A DNA stretch of 64,000 bases from Nostoc sp. (GCA_036918135.1 JBALDB010000001.1:32001-96000); one strand, 5' to 3'. Shown: positions 1-11,106, counted from the stretch's first letter. The notes: generated from the sequence alone by a model not told the origin. Program-made: numbers and translations.

Positions 1-471
1 AAAGCTGTCCAACTAGGTTTTCCTGGTCTAACTGAACAATCCTTACCTAATGAACTTGGAGCAGCTATCATCCAACATTGGAACGAGAAGATTATTTTGA
101 GTTAGGCAGCACAAAGCGTTGTAAATAGTTATGAAGGTATATTACTCAAAACTATCAAAGGCTACGAGTATATTTATTGCGAGTTTCCACTCAATCCTCT
201 TGACCCAAATACATTTTCTTGGGCTTGGACGGTAGATAAAATTACTGGAGGATCGGGAGTTGGACTACAGGGAAGCGTTGCAGGTAAAATAGAATTAGTT
301 TGGTACAAAAATCAGAAACAACTTTTTCGAGCTAGAACTATTCCTACACAGGCGGCTCGTATTACAGTTGAAAGAACTCGTCTGACGCTTGATCGATACG
401 TAAAGACAGTTCTCTCTGCTTTACAAGATCAAATCAATACTCAGTTTTCTGAGGATAAGCTTGAAGAATAG
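1..471 (+). pseudogene. 3' part of probable restriction endonuclease (partner of adjacent C5-MTase), interrupted by in-frame TAG at 103-105
   Basis: Frame 1 is open from base 1 to TAG 469-471 except one TAG at 103-105 (KIILS*AAQSVV...QFSEDKLEE*). It is convergent with and overlaps the MTase end. Function is inferred from context only. Confidence 0.5.
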
Positions 472-1590
472 ATGAGGCTATTACTTTACCTAGCAGGGGA
501 GGTACAGATTCACCAATTTGAGAAGCCATATCAGTATATGTTCCCAAAAAGTGAAAATCATCTGGATAAGAGTGTAATCTTGCAGCTTCACGTATTGTAA
601 TTGTTCGATCCTGAGTAGGATGGAAAAACCTACCCGATCCTGGATGGAAGAGCCATCTGGTAATAGTTCTCGCTGGCTTATCCCAGTAAAGTCTCCCGTA
701 TGCACCACTATAGTGTTTCTTAGGAGCTAATTCAGAAGGTAAGTCCCTAGCATCTTGTCCTTCATAAAGAGCGCGAGCTCTCGAAAATTGAATTGGACTC
801 AAAGCACGAGCAACATGATTAACAATTTTTGTGCTTTGATGACGCATCATTGTTTGATATATAGTTTGCGGAGGAAAAGGATAAACTTCAGCGTCATAGT
901 CTTGTCCTGCATCTAGTGGTGGTAAGTCTCCAATCGCATCTCTGACTGTGACAAGTGGAGAAATTTTTCCATCAAACAAATCAAGTTGATTACAAAATTT
1001 TGTAGTTCTATAGTCACTCTTAATGTCACCAAAATGTGTTGGTTTAGGAAAATGAAGGTAGCGGTCTAGGCTAGCTAGAAAAAAGCTCTGGATCTCGTTT
1101 GTGGTATTCCATAATGTGCAGCATTTAATGATGAGAAGACAACTTTATAACCCAATGATTCAAGTTTTTCTGTTATTTCTTTGCTGATTATGCCATTGTA
1201 AGCTTTTAAGATTTCAGGTACGTTTTCCATTACGACATAAAGGGGTTTAAACTCCTCTACGAATTCCAAAAACGTTTGATATAACTGATTACGAGAATCA
1301 TTGAGATAGCGAGAATCAGCAGGAATATTTCTTGAAAATCCCTGACACGGGGGACCACCAATCAAAGCTGTTAGTTCTTCTCGTCCCAAGCCCAACGCTA
1401 ATCGTAAGTCATCAGGACAAAGCTTACGTAAGTCCTGATGAATGATTTTAGTTTTTGGGTAATTGTGCTTATAGGTTACCAAGGCTTTTGCATTTATATC
1501 AATTGCACATAGAGATTCAAAGCCCGCCATGTGAAATCCTTTAGTCAAGCCACCAGCACCAGCAAATAAGTCAATAATCTTGTATGTCAT
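434..1590 (-). pseudogene. dcm: DNA (cytosine-5)-methyltransferase split by a 1-nt frameshift in an A6/T6 run at 1079-1084
   Basis: Motifs DLFAGAGG, GGPPCQGFS, ENV, QTRSR lie in 1075-1590; RTITIREAARLHSYPD and QIGESVPP lie in 434-979. Adding one T joins them in frame (RAFFLASLDRYLHFPKPTH...LFDGKISP). Confidence 0.88.
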
Positions 1591-1665
1591 TATTGAATAC
1601 TATAGTATTCAATAATTATCGTCAAGCAACTCCTCAATAAAAGATAGTAATCTTTAGATAAACTT

Positions 1666-2532
1666 TTATTGAGCCACCTGAGCGGGTTTTAAATTTCTAG
1701 CTCTGTAGAAAGTTTCTAAGCTATCGCGATCGCCGACGAAACGCCAGTGCCAAGGTTCATAACTCACACCTTGAAGATTATTTTTCGGAAAGGACATTTC
1801 AAAGCCAAAACGCGCTGCATTTGCTTGTAGCCACTGATAAGCTTTGGTTTTGTCAAAGTTAGGTTGGAGATTTGTCGCTGGTGCTGCACCATCTCCAATA
1901 TCCGCAGCATAACCTGTGTGATGTTCGCTATGACCTGGAGGAGCGCTGAGGGCTGCTCGTTCTGCTGGTGTTTGATTTCGCTGAGCGCCGACAGCAAAAA
2001 ACAATTGCTCTTGGTCTTTGATTGAGCGAAAGCCAGAAATTGGCACTAAAATTACATTTGCACTTCGTGCTGTTGCTACCATCTCCTGAAACTTTTGGGC
2101 AGCAGCTTTTCGCATTCTAATGCCCCTATTTCCGGAAATGGTTACTAGTTCTGACTCCGGGGCTTCTGAGTATGCTAGATGCCCTAACAAAGTATTGTTG
2201 GAATTATTGGTGTTGGAATTATTGGATGTTGCGGTGGTTGCAGGAGCAGGACTAATTGCTGAAGGTTGCAAATTGGCAGTTTTTCTAAATGTAGTCAGGA
2301 AAAACAAAAAACTACTAATTAAAGCCAGCAGGATAAATCCCGCTACTCCCCCAATCAACAAAAATCGAGGCTGCAACCACACCTTGGGTACTGCAACAGG
2401 AGTATCGCGTACAGCCACTGGAATATCATCAGGATCGGGTGATGAATTTTGCAGTTTTTTAGAAAACCCAGCCTTCTTCAAGGGAAAACTCCTGTTTTGT
2501 GGGATAGCCATAACAGATTTTGCACTGGACAA
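1666..2532 (-). CDS. D-Ala-D-Ala carboxypeptidase, VanY/M15B family, membrane anchored
   Basis: SGFRS, APPGHSEHHTGYAAD and YEPWHWRF motifs; N-terminal TM segment. True start may be about 50 nt downstream. Confidence 0.88.
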   Translation of the reverse strand: MSSAKSVMAIPQNRSFPLKKAGFSKKLQNSSPDPDDIPVAVRDTPVAVPKVWLQPRFLLIGGVAGFILLALISSFLFFLTTFRKTANLQPSAISPAPATTATSNNSNTNNSNNTLLGHLAYSEAPESELVTISGNRGIRMRKAAAQKFQEMVATARSANVILVPISGFRSIKDQEQLFFAVGAQRNQTPAERAALSAPPGHSEHHTGYAADIGDGAAPATNLQPNFDKTKAYQWLQANAARFGFEMSFPKNNLQGVSYEPWHWRFVGDRDSLETFYRARNLKPAQVAQ

Positions 2533-2583
2533 AAGGTAGAGGTAAAAGGTAGCATTTTAGATTTGTAATTCTCAGGCGCAATT

Positions 2584-3501
2584 TTGACAAACCTTTTAGA
2601 ACTATACGTCAAGCTGGGAGGATTAGTACTGGTAGGTTTTGTTTTGGGACGCAAACTACCTGTAACAGTTCCTACCAGGTTAGGACAGTTTCTTTATTGG
2701 GTGGGAGTACCCATCAGCATAGTATCTTTTTTGCACCGATCTAGCTTGTCCGGGCAGATTTGGATTGCACCTGCGATCGCTTACGTAGCCATTCTACTCG
2801 GTGCATTTTTAGCTTGGGTAGGCATTAAAGTACAAGCCTATTTTAGAAATACCGTTCCCCAAGCACCAACTCAGGCTAGTTTGCTGCTAGCAGCAATGCT
2901 GGGTAATACAGGCTTTCTCGGCTTTCCCATTGCTTTAGCAATGGTAGGTAAAGAATACTTTGCTTGGGCGTTATTTTACGATTTGTTGGGTTCGTTCCCA
3001 GGAGCTTATGGCTTGGGCGTGTTACTAGCAGCGCGTTTTGGTGGTGGTGTCCACAATTATTGGCAAACTTTTAGAGCTGTCTTAATTAATCCTGCTCTAT
3101 GGAGTTTCGGATTTGGCTTGCTGTTTCGAGAGGTAACAATCCCCACAGTCGTGGAATTGTGCCTAGAGAAATTGGCTTGGAGTATCCTAACTTTATCTTT
3201 GGTGCTAATTGGAATGCGATTAGCGCTACTTAACTCTTGGCGCAGCCTACCACAAGTGGGGATGAGCTTAGCAATCAAAATGCTACTAGTTCCCTTAATC
3301 TTGGGGAGCATCCTACCACTGGTTGGATTAACGGGTTCTACAGTAAAGGTGATAGTCCTGCAAATGTCTATGCCTCCAGCTTTTGCCACACTGGTAATTG
3401 CTGAGACATTTAATCTCGATCGCGATTTAGCTGTAACTGCCTTAGCTGCTGGAGCTATAGTATTGCTGATTACTCTGCCAATCTGGCTGTGGCTGTTTTG
3501 A
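2584..3501 (+). CDS. AEC (auxin efflux carrier) family transporter
   Basis: Hydrophobic 305 aa with GNTGFLGFP and MPPAF motifs. Confidence 0.85.
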   Translation: MTNLLELYVKLGGLVLVGFVLGRKLPVTVPTRLGQFLYWVGVPISIVSFLHRSSLSGQIWIAPAIAYVAILLGAFLAWVGIKVQAYFRNTVPQAPTQASLLLAAMLGNTGFLGFPIALAMVGKEYFAWALFYDLLGSFPGAYGLGVLLAARFGGGVHNYWQTFRAVLINPALWSFGFGLLFREVTIPTVVELCLEKLAWSILTLSLVLIGMRLALLNSWRSLPQVGMSLAIKMLLVPLILGSILPLVGLTGSTVKVIVLQMSMPPAFATLVIAETFNLDRDLAVTALAAGAIVLLITLPIWLWLF

Positions 3502-3598
3502 TTTTAGATTAATTCACTATGGTAATCAGTATAAATACTCAAAAAATAAGTATTTGCACTCAGCTTCACAATTTGCTAATATTTTTTAAACGTTTAAG

Positions 3599-3711
3599 TA
3601 AGTGGGTAGGAAAATTTCTCGTTGAGGTAAGGCAGGAGGCACTAGGAAAGAAAGTTTTACTCTAGCTAATCTTTCTTCACATAGCTTGATTTTATTGTGC
3701 CGACCTACTTA
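3599..3711 (+). mobile_element. MITE-like element, diverged copy
   Basis: Ends TAAGTGGGT...ACCTACTTA. Internal segments ATTTCTCGTTGAGGTAAGGCAGGAGGCA and CATAGCTTGATTTT resemble the copies at 11950 and 62417. Confidence 0.7.
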
Positions 3712-4064
3712 CTTTACTTATTAAGTAAATCTAGTTTTTTAAGCAATTTAACAGTCGCTCGTATCCAAAGGCTTGCAGATTTTTCTGATGTTTCTCCTGT
3801 CGTATTTTTCCTATAAATCCATCAGAGAATGACTTCTGAGAAGCAATATAGAGATAGAGAAAAAAGTTTAGTTTGCATTATCGTGTCCGGCGATCGCTTT
3901 TAAGTAGAAAGTGTTCAAGTATCTACTTAATTACTGTATATTAAATTACTTTAAAATGAATAAACTAAGTATACTTTAACTCTTAACACTTGCAATAAAA
4001 TTAACCAAAATATAGCTTTGTAAGCTTTTTTTATTTTTAAGTATACTTAAAGAATAAGTATAAT

Positions 4065-4583
4065 TTAATCTTCTCGACTTATCTTAGCTGCTAGTTCGAC
4101 GATGTTCATTTGTTCGTAGCGTTCAAAGGGTTGGTGAATCCAAGGGTTATCGGGCAGATAATCAACGTAATAATCGGGTGCTATAACTGAACAGGCCTTG
4201 TACCACAGTGTAGCAGTGCGAATTTCTTCAATGGGGAAATCAATATTTTGTTTCAGCCAAGAAATAGTTTGCTGGAGTGTAATTCCAGAGTCTACTAAGT
4301 CATCTACTAAAAGAATGCGCGAACCTAACTTTTGGGCAGTCATTGTTAAGTGACCGGAAATAATTAAATTATTTCTTTCTTGTTTACTAAGGCTACTGTA
4401 AGATGAGGTTGCTAAAATTGCCAGGGGTCGATCGTAGATGCGGGAGAGAATATCTCCAACTCGTAGTCCTCCTCTAGCAAGACAGATAATTTGGTTAAAT
4501 TCCCAACCAGATTGATAAATCTGAATGGCCAGTTGTTCAATTTTTTGGTGATAATTTGACCAAGAAACATAAAGGTCTGGCAT
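4065..4583 (-). CDS. Purine phosphoribosyltransferase family protein
   Basis: LARGG and the PRPP-binding motif ILLVDDLVDSGIT. Confidence 0.88.
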   Translation of the reverse strand: MPDLYVSWSNYHQKIEQLAIQIYQSGWEFNQIICLARGGLRVGDILSRIYDRPLAILATSSYSSLSKQERNNLIISGHLTMTAQKLGSRILLVDDLVDSGITLQQTISWLKQNIDFPIEEIRTATLWYKACSVIAPDYYVDYLPDNPWIHQPFERYEQMNIVELAAKISRED

Positions 4584-4660
4584 AAGTCTCACTTGAGTAG
4601 TAAATATCTACTATTAAAGGCAAACGCAAACTTTTTATTTTAGTATGAGTGCAAATTATT

Positions 4661-6121
4661 ATGAATGATTCTGTTGGTAATGGCAATGCCCAACGAAATC
4701 CTGTAAGTGAAAAACTGGATTTGAAAACAAAATTAGCTTACGGTGTAGGAGATTTAGGCCCAGCTGTTACTGCAAATATCTCTGTCTTTTTTCTGCTGGT
4801 TTTTTTTACTAATGTTGCTGGTATCCCAGCGGGTTTAGCTGGCAGTATTTTGATGATTGGCAAAATCTGGGATGGAATAAACGATCCGGTTGTCGGCTTT
4901 CTAACTGATAAAACGAAATCTCGTCGCTGGGGTCGTCGTCTTCCTTGGATGTTTTATGGGGCAATTCCCTTTGGGATTTTCTTCTTCTTGCAGTGGATTG
5001 TACCGCGTTTTAGTGCCCAGCAGAGTAATAATATTTGGCCGTTGTTTTGGTATTACGTGGTGATTGGCGTAATATCTCAGGCGTTTTACACTGTTGTAAA
5101 TTTGCCTTATACGGCAATGACTCCAGAATTAACTCAAGATTACGACGAACGCACTAGCTTAAATAGCTTTCGCTTTACATTTTCCATTGGTGGCAGCATT
5201 TTGTCGTTGATTTTAACACAAGTTATTTTTTTTCTAATTAGCGACCGCCAACAACAATATCTAGTTTTAGCAGGAATTTGTACAATAATTTCAATTTTGG
5301 CGTTATATTGCTGTGTTTATGGAGTCCGCGATCGCATTTTGGCTTTTGAGGCCAAACGTATTCAAATTGAGGAACCTCCATCTCTCCCGTTTAACGAACA
5401 GTTAAAAATTGTCTTCACTAACCGAGCTTTTTTATTTGTTATTGGTATATATCTTTTTTCTTGGCTAGGCGTGCAAATCACAGCTAGCATTATTCCCTAT
5501 TTTGTAGTCGATTGTATGCGCCTCAAGGAATCAGATGTGCCTACATTGATGATTGCAGTCCAAGGAACTGCTTTGTTAATGCTATTTATCTGGGGTGCAT
5601 TAAGTAAAAAAGTTGGTAAAAAAATTGTTTATTTTCTGGGAATGAGTTTATGGATTATAGCAGCCGCCGGATTATTTTTCTTGCAACCTGGTCAAATCGC
5701 TTTGATGTATTTTATGGCTATTATGGCAGGTATTGGGGTGTCCACAGCTTATTTAATTCCTTGGTCAATGATTCCAGATGTAATTGAATTAGATGAACTG
5801 CAAACCGGACAACGAAGAGAAGGCATTTTTTATGGCTTTATGGTTTTACTACAAAAATTTGGTTTAGCTTTTGGGCTATTTTTAGTAGGAAATGCTTTAC
5901 AAATAGCCGGTTTTAAAGAAGCTGTAGTCGGACAAACTACACTACCCATTCAACCGGAATCGGCACTACTAGCTATTCGGATCGCTGTTGGCCCTATACC
6001 CACAATATGTTTGATTTGTGGCTTAGTTTTAACGTATTTTTACCCAATTACCCGCGAGATGCACGCAGAAATTATGCTGAAACTCAAAGAACGGGAAGAG
6101 AACAGGGAGAATGGGAAGTGA
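4661..6121 (+). CDS. MFS transporter, GPH (MelB-like) family
   Basis: KLAYGVGDLG, WDGINDPVVG, WGRRLPW and RREGIFYG motifs; about 12 TM segments. Confidence 0.9.
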   Translation: MNDSVGNGNAQRNPVSEKLDLKTKLAYGVGDLGPAVTANISVFFLLVFFTNVAGIPAGLAGSILMIGKIWDGINDPVVGFLTDKTKSRRWGRRLPWMFYGAIPFGIFFFLQWIVPRFSAQQSNNIWPLFWYYVVIGVISQAFYTVVNLPYTAMTPELTQDYDERTSLNSFRFTFSIGGSILSLILTQVIFFLISDRQQQYLVLAGICTIISILALYCCVYGVRDRILAFEAKRIQIEEPPSLPFNEQLKIVFTNRAFLFVIGIYLFSWLGVQITASIIPYFVVDCMRLKESDVPTLMIAVQGTALLMLFIWGALSKKVGKKIVYFLGMSLWIIAAAGLFFLQPGQIALMYFMAIMAGIGVSTAYLIPWSMIPDVIELDELQTGQRREGIFYGFMVLLQKFGLAFGLFLVGNALQIAGFKEAVVGQTTLPIQPESALLAIRIAVGPIPTICLICGLVLTYFYPITREMHAEIMLKLKEREENRENGK

Positions 6122-6618
6122 GGACGAGGAGAATGACAAATGACCAATGCCCCCTACCCTATCTCTTGTATCTGCGATCGCAAACTGATTTAACTTAAAT
6201 ATATACGTTTTAGCAGAGGTAAATTCAAATACTCTATTTTATATTTAAATAAATAGGAAGTATTAAGGACAACTTAAATCAATCTCATCTATACTCGTAG
6301 TCACCTTGTAAATTTGTCAGTCCTTCTTTTTATAAAAAATATGGTTTTATGAGTTGGATTGCAAATGCTTCTAAATAAACACAAGTTTTCCGTCTCCGCT
6401 TAAAAACCCCCTTGTCTCATTTCCACTTGTGGTAATGGGACAAATTTCTATTTTGTTTATTTTATAAGGCGTGATTTTGTTATTGGGGATGGGCGTAAAG
6501 TATTAGTGCTGATACTATTGTTCATTGAATACACCATGTATGATAATAGAATTTTAATTTATAATTAGTATTTTATACTACTCTATTATTAAGCATTACT
6601 AAAATAATAATGCTTATT

Positions 6619-7665
6619 TTATCTAGTCAAACTCTTTACTGAAACTATTCTCTCAACTTCATCTACTTTAATCTGCGCTAATCCAAACTGTTGAATTACC
6701 CCAGCATTTGTAGTTAAATGACTACTCACCTCAGCTACTCGGTAATGACTTGCTTGTGAAGCTAAAGCAGCAGGTAATAATAATTGATCTGCTAAGTGTT
6801 CATCCACTGGTGCGCCTGTATGATGAAACTCAAGTAGTTGCTGACAAACAATCTCTGCAACTGTCTCCGCTGATAACCGCAAACGCCCAAACCCACCAAA
6901 ACCAGCTAAGCTGTTCTGATACTCAGCAGTAAGGAAAATACCCGCCCCAGGTGCGACACCTTTTTCTCGCGACGCTTGTACAGTAACTTTTAAATGCGCT
7001 TCTCTTAACAAACTTTCTGCACGATTGGCCATACGTTGGGGAATATGCGAAGGTAATTCCGTCACCACAGCAAGTCCGCGCACTTGCTGTAAGTTCCCCC
7101 TCTCCAATAAGTCGATCCCACCGAGTTGACTACTACCACTGACTTGTAACTCGATTTCTCCGCCACCTTGAGGATACCAACCCCAAGCGCCTAACTTGAC
7201 TTTTGCTTCTACTCCCATGCGTTGCAATATCCGCAGGTAAACTTGCTGAATGTATGTAACTGTGGGGCTAAAGTTTACATGAGTTCCACCTTTGAGTGTT
7301 ACCTGAGAATTGCCAGATGCTAGTGCCAAAGGTAAGAGAATTGTCTGGAGAATTAAAGCGATCGCACCCGCAGAACCACCAGGTTGTGCTTTACTAACAT
7401 CAAAGGCATAAGTTCCAGCTTGCACGGCACTACCTGGGATGAATTCCAGCAACATTGAACCCAAAGCATCACCCCGTAGTTGGGCATTACAAATTCTACC
7501 TGCGGCACGAACGGCTGTTAAATGCTGTGGTGCTAATCCTGGCTTTTTGCGTCCAGCGCGAATACCTGTAATCCGTATGGGTTCGCCAGTAATAGCAGCT
7601 AGACTTAAGGAAGTGCGAAGAACTTGTCCGCCTCCCTCTCCGTATGAACCATCAATTTCAATCAT
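6619..7665 (-). CDS. rtcA: RNA 3'-terminal phosphate cyclase
   Basis: IEIDGSYGEGGGQVLR, RKKPGLAPQH, GWYPQGGGE, DEHLADQL, SSHLTTN. Confidence 0.93.
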   Translation of the reverse strand: MIEIDGSYGEGGGQVLRTSLSLAAITGEPIRITGIRAGRKKPGLAPQHLTAVRAAGRICNAQLRGDALGSMLLEFIPGSAVQAGTYAFDVSKAQPGGSAGAIALILQTILLPLALASGNSQVTLKGGTHVNFSPTVTYIQQVYLRILQRMGVEAKVKLGAWGWYPQGGGEIELQVSGSSQLGGIDLLERGNLQQVRGLAVVTELPSHIPQRMANRAESLLREAHLKVTVQASREKGVAPGAGIFLTAEYQNSLAGFGGFGRLRLSAETVAEIVCQQLLEFHHTGAPVDEHLADQLLLPAALASQASHYRVAEVSSHLTTNAGVIQQFGLAQIKVDEVERIVSVKSLTR

Positions 7666-7784
7666 GGGTGATTTTGGGATGTTGTTTTGGGTTTTCCCCA
7701 GATTCTGGAAATTAAAGCATAGATAATGTATAGAATTCACAATTCATAATTGAGAATTTAGAATTCAATTTTTAAATTTTAATT

Positions 7785-8065
7785 GGAGAACTTTGCTTTA
7801 TCCAGAATTCATTAACCCATAGCAGGTCTATTATTTCTCTAAATTTGAACTGCTGAGGAGCAATAACTTTTCCTCCCAGCTTCCTCAATAATATAGGTGT
7901 GAGGATTGGCAATAGCCACACTCTGTTCTTGGTGATAGCGAATAATTTCGTTGATACGTTCTTCTATGGTGTAGCGCAGAAGCTGCAAACTACTAGGAAT
8001 GAGGCTAATGGATGCTCTTTTCCCATCTGGGTTACCCCAGTTTACTCTCTGGGAATTCATGCCAC
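7785..8065 (-). pseudogene. C-terminal remnant of FAD-binding oxidoreductase, frameshifted
   Basis: LQLLRYTIEERINEIIRYHQEQSVAIANPHTYIIEEAGRK, then a shifted frame VIAPQQFKFREIID...MNSG. This resembles the FAD-oxidase C-terminal KxxxDPxxxxNPGK region. Confidence 0.55.
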
Positions 8066-8119
8066 TTATTTAATATCAAGTCGGATCGGGCACTCAAGCT
8101 GACAAAAATAGATATTTGG

Positions 8120-8731
8120 CTAAATTTCTATTAGTTAAAAAAAACAGGATTAAAATTGTAAGGACGCTTTTGGTTGTCACCAAAACCATACTTGGTTACG
8201 AGTAAAGGCAAATTCCTGATATTAGCATAAGCAGAGATACAAATTAGTTTGTCTTTAAGGTTGCCAAGGGTTTTAATTGCTGTGTTGGGATGGGCAATGA
8301 GACACCAGGGATTTTTACTGAAAAATTGCTGCGACTGTGATTTTGGGAATACCTTGCGCTATGGCGTTCACAGGAGCAATACCATAACCCATAAAGAAAT
8401 CTACCGTACCCCCCATCAACAATTTAGTATTACTACCAACTTGAAGACCACCCATTTGAATAGTGACATCTAAACCGTAATCTTTATAAATACTAATGGC
8501 GTTGGCGCAGCCCGTCGTAGACATCACCAGGTAAAATCCGCCGCTTTCTGCTTGTACAATCCAGTTTGCGCCAAACGTCACTTTATCCAACTGAAAGTTG
8601 CTAGTTGACGGTTGGTTGCTGTTAGTACAAGCTGTAATCAAGCTTCTAGCAATACAGATAGAACTGTATTGAATAAAATTGCGACTACTTTGGCGATGAA
8701 TTGTTATTGATGAAGGTGATGACGAATTCAT
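8120..8731 (-). pseudogene. NMT1/THI5-like ABC substrate-binding lipoprotein remnant
   Basis: DKVTFGANWIVQAESGGFY...YKDYGLDVTIQMGG...VAAIFQ, continuing in shifted frames as CLIAHPNTAIKTL...KYGFGDNQKRPYNFNP. Confidence 0.72.
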
Positions 8732-8752
8732 AAAACAGTATGATGCTTTCTC

Positions 8753-9235
8753 CTATCTACCGTCGGAACTCAATCTAAATGTACATTCTAAAATTAACTT
8801 TTGATTCACCACTGAATAGGGTTGAATTTCCAGAGCGCGTTTAAAAGCTCGGATAGCTTCGCTATACTTTCCAAGTGCTGCATAACACAAACCCATGCCA
8901 TGAAGCGCACCAAAATGTATTGGATTTATCTGCACAACTATCTGACAATCTGCTAGAGATTTTTGATAATCACCAATACTGTAATAGAGAAAAGCCCGCC
9001 GATTCCAAGCTTCAGCAAAATCTGGCTGTTCTTTGAGAAGTTCCGTCAGATCTGTTTCGGCTTCAGTAATTTCACCCGCATCAAGTAACTTTTGACTGCG
9101 GTCAATCCTTTCCAGCCCATAAATTCCCTTTTGCTGAAACCAAATCCGCCAAATTTTTCTCGTTGCCTGTTCGCGGATTGTAGCATCGGGATTTTTCAAC
9201 TCTTCAAGTAAGGAATTGATAGATAAAGAATCCAT
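8753..9235 (-). CDS. Tetratricopeptide repeat protein
   Basis: TPR consensus (FAEAWNRRAFLYY, HFGALHGMGLCY, AFKRALEIQP). Confidence 0.85.
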   Translation of the reverse strand: MDSLSINSLLEELKNPDATIREQATRKIWRIWFQQKGIYGLERIDRSQKLLDAGEITEAETDLTELLKEQPDFAEAWNRRAFLYYSIGDYQKSLADCQIVVQINPIHFGALHGMGLCYAALGKYSEAIRAFKRALEIQPYSVVNQKLILECTFRLSSDGR

Positions 9236-9700
9236 AAATTTGAGATCGGTGAATATACCTTTCTTTTTACTTTCTCACAAATTTTATCTTCTAAAACATT
9301 TTTAAAGTCATCTTTAAAATTACGGAGATCAATTGCTATTTATGAAATTTCTATGTGATTTTTTGTATGCGACAAACTCAGCAATGCCAAACCCAATATT
9401 CAGACTTATAAGTGCTTAGTGGTAAAGATGCCAGACTTTTAAACATAAAAACTGACTAGAGGTAGTTGACAACTCCTTAGTGACTAATAGTTCATAAAAA
9501 CATTACAAAAAAAGTCAGTTTATCAGTATATTATTCTCACTTACCATGCTAGTAACTTTAGTCCTAAAACTAATTTCCATTACGCTAAGGAGCAGCTGTT
9601 TTGATACAACGTAGGCTGATTATTACTACGCTGATTAAATAAGCACATCATTGCAGCCAAGTGACACAACAGGGATATTTATTGACTTAGCATTAACTAA

Positions 9701-11020
9701 TTACGAATTATCAAGTAACTTTCGTGCAAATGCGATCGCCTCTGTTGGTGTTGAGACTTCACCCTCAGCTTGTGCTACAGCAATTTCTGTCAACAGTTTG
9801 CCTACCATTGGCGAAGCTGGAATATCTAATGCTATAATCAACTCCTTCCCGCTCACTAGTGGAGTGGGATGAGCGACCAGATCGTCAGGGTTCAGGTAGC
9901 GGTTGATTAAAGGTGCAAAGACAAGACAACGCGTTGCATAGGTTTCTTCTGTCGTAGCGATCCCTGTGCTTAGCTGCTTGTCGCCAGACATCGCCTCTAC
10001 CAAATTATTAAATGCTACGGCTAGCACTACCGTGGCGGAAAACGCAATATCTGCATCTTGGAATAAAAAGTATTGTTCTCGCAAGGACATATTTGTTACT
10101 TTCAGTTGCGATGATAGTTTCAGAGCAGTGGTTACACCCCGAATTTCGGCGCGACTATAGGTAAGTTGTTGTAGTTCTATTTCTGCTAATTCCGGATCTG
10201 GGTTAACAAGACAAGCAAGTTTAGCAATGGCTAACCAAGTAGTTTTGATACTGTCCTTGACATACGCTTGTAGTTGTACCCCTAGTTGTTGCCAATTTTG
10301 GGCGAGTAAAACTGCTGCATTGTCAACTGCTGCTAGTTTATTTAAGCTTTCACGGGTGGCGTTTTTGAACAAAGGGGTAAGTAAACCATCTTCCCAAGCA
10401 GCCGTTACCCAGAGAGTACCTTGAGAATTTGCCAATAAATAACCGATTTCTACCCGAAATCGTTCTGCTGCAACTTTAGCGATCTGTGATGCCAAAGAAC
10501 GAATTGTAGTTTGAGTAGCTGACTCAATAGTAAAATCTAGTTGGGCCGCTTGGCGATAAGCTCGCATTAACCGCAAAGGGTCATCTTCGAGGTTAGCAGG
10601 TGATACCATTCGCAAAATGCCCCGTTGCAAATCTGCATAGCCTTGCAGAGGATCGATGATTTCTTGCGTATGGGGATTATAGGCGATCGCATTGATTGTA
10701 AAGTCTCGTCTGTGCAAGTCAACTTCTAAACTATTTCCTTCCTGTTCGGCAAAGTCAGCTGTGGCGTGGGGAAAAACCACACGCGCTATTTGTCGTTCTG
10801 CATCGAGTAAGACAAAACCAGCATTGTAATGATGGGCGATTGCTCTAGCAACCTTTACCGCGTTAGATGGGATAACAAAATCTAAATCCAGGTATTCGCG
10901 AGTTCTGCCAAGGATAGCATCTCGTACAGCACCACCTACCAAATATGCGGGTTGTGGCAAAAATGCCAAGCTAAAAGGCCAATTTTCGGGGGCTAGTGTA
11001 GAAGCAACAAAAGAACGCAT
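9701..11020 (-). CDS. CCA-adding enzyme / poly(A) polymerase family nucleotidyltransferase
   Basis: YLVGGAVRD, DLD, DLHRRDFTINAIA, DDPLRLMRAYR. Confidence 0.92.
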   Translation of the reverse strand: MRSFVASTLAPENWPFSLAFLPQPAYLVGGAVRDAILGRTREYLDLDFVIPSNAVKVARAIAHHYNAGFVLLDAERQIARVVFPHATADFAEQEGNSLEVDLHRRDFTINAIAYNPHTQEIIDPLQGYADLQRGILRMVSPANLEDDPLRLMRAYRQAAQLDFTIESATQTTIRSLASQIAKVAAERFRVEIGYLLANSQGTLWVTAAWEDGLLTPLFKNATRESLNKLAAVDNAAVLLAQNWQQLGVQLQAYVKDSIKTTWLAIAKLACLVNPDPELAEIELQQLTYSRAEIRGVTTALKLSSQLKVTNMSLREQYFLFQDADIAFSATVVLAVAFNNLVEAMSGDKQLSTGIATTEETYATRCLVFAPLINRYLNPDDLVAHPTPLVSGKELIIALDIPASPMVGKLLTEIAVAQAEGEVSTPTEAIAFARKLLDNS

Positions 11021-11106
11021 TGTAATAAAAATCAACCCGGCAACTAATGAATAACAGTCGGGCTTAAGCTAGATTAACAATAAAGGCCCCTGGAGTTGTT
11101 TCTATT

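Noticed and set aside
2120..2539. 139-aa + strand ORF
   Set aside because: Antisense to the carboxypeptidase gene.
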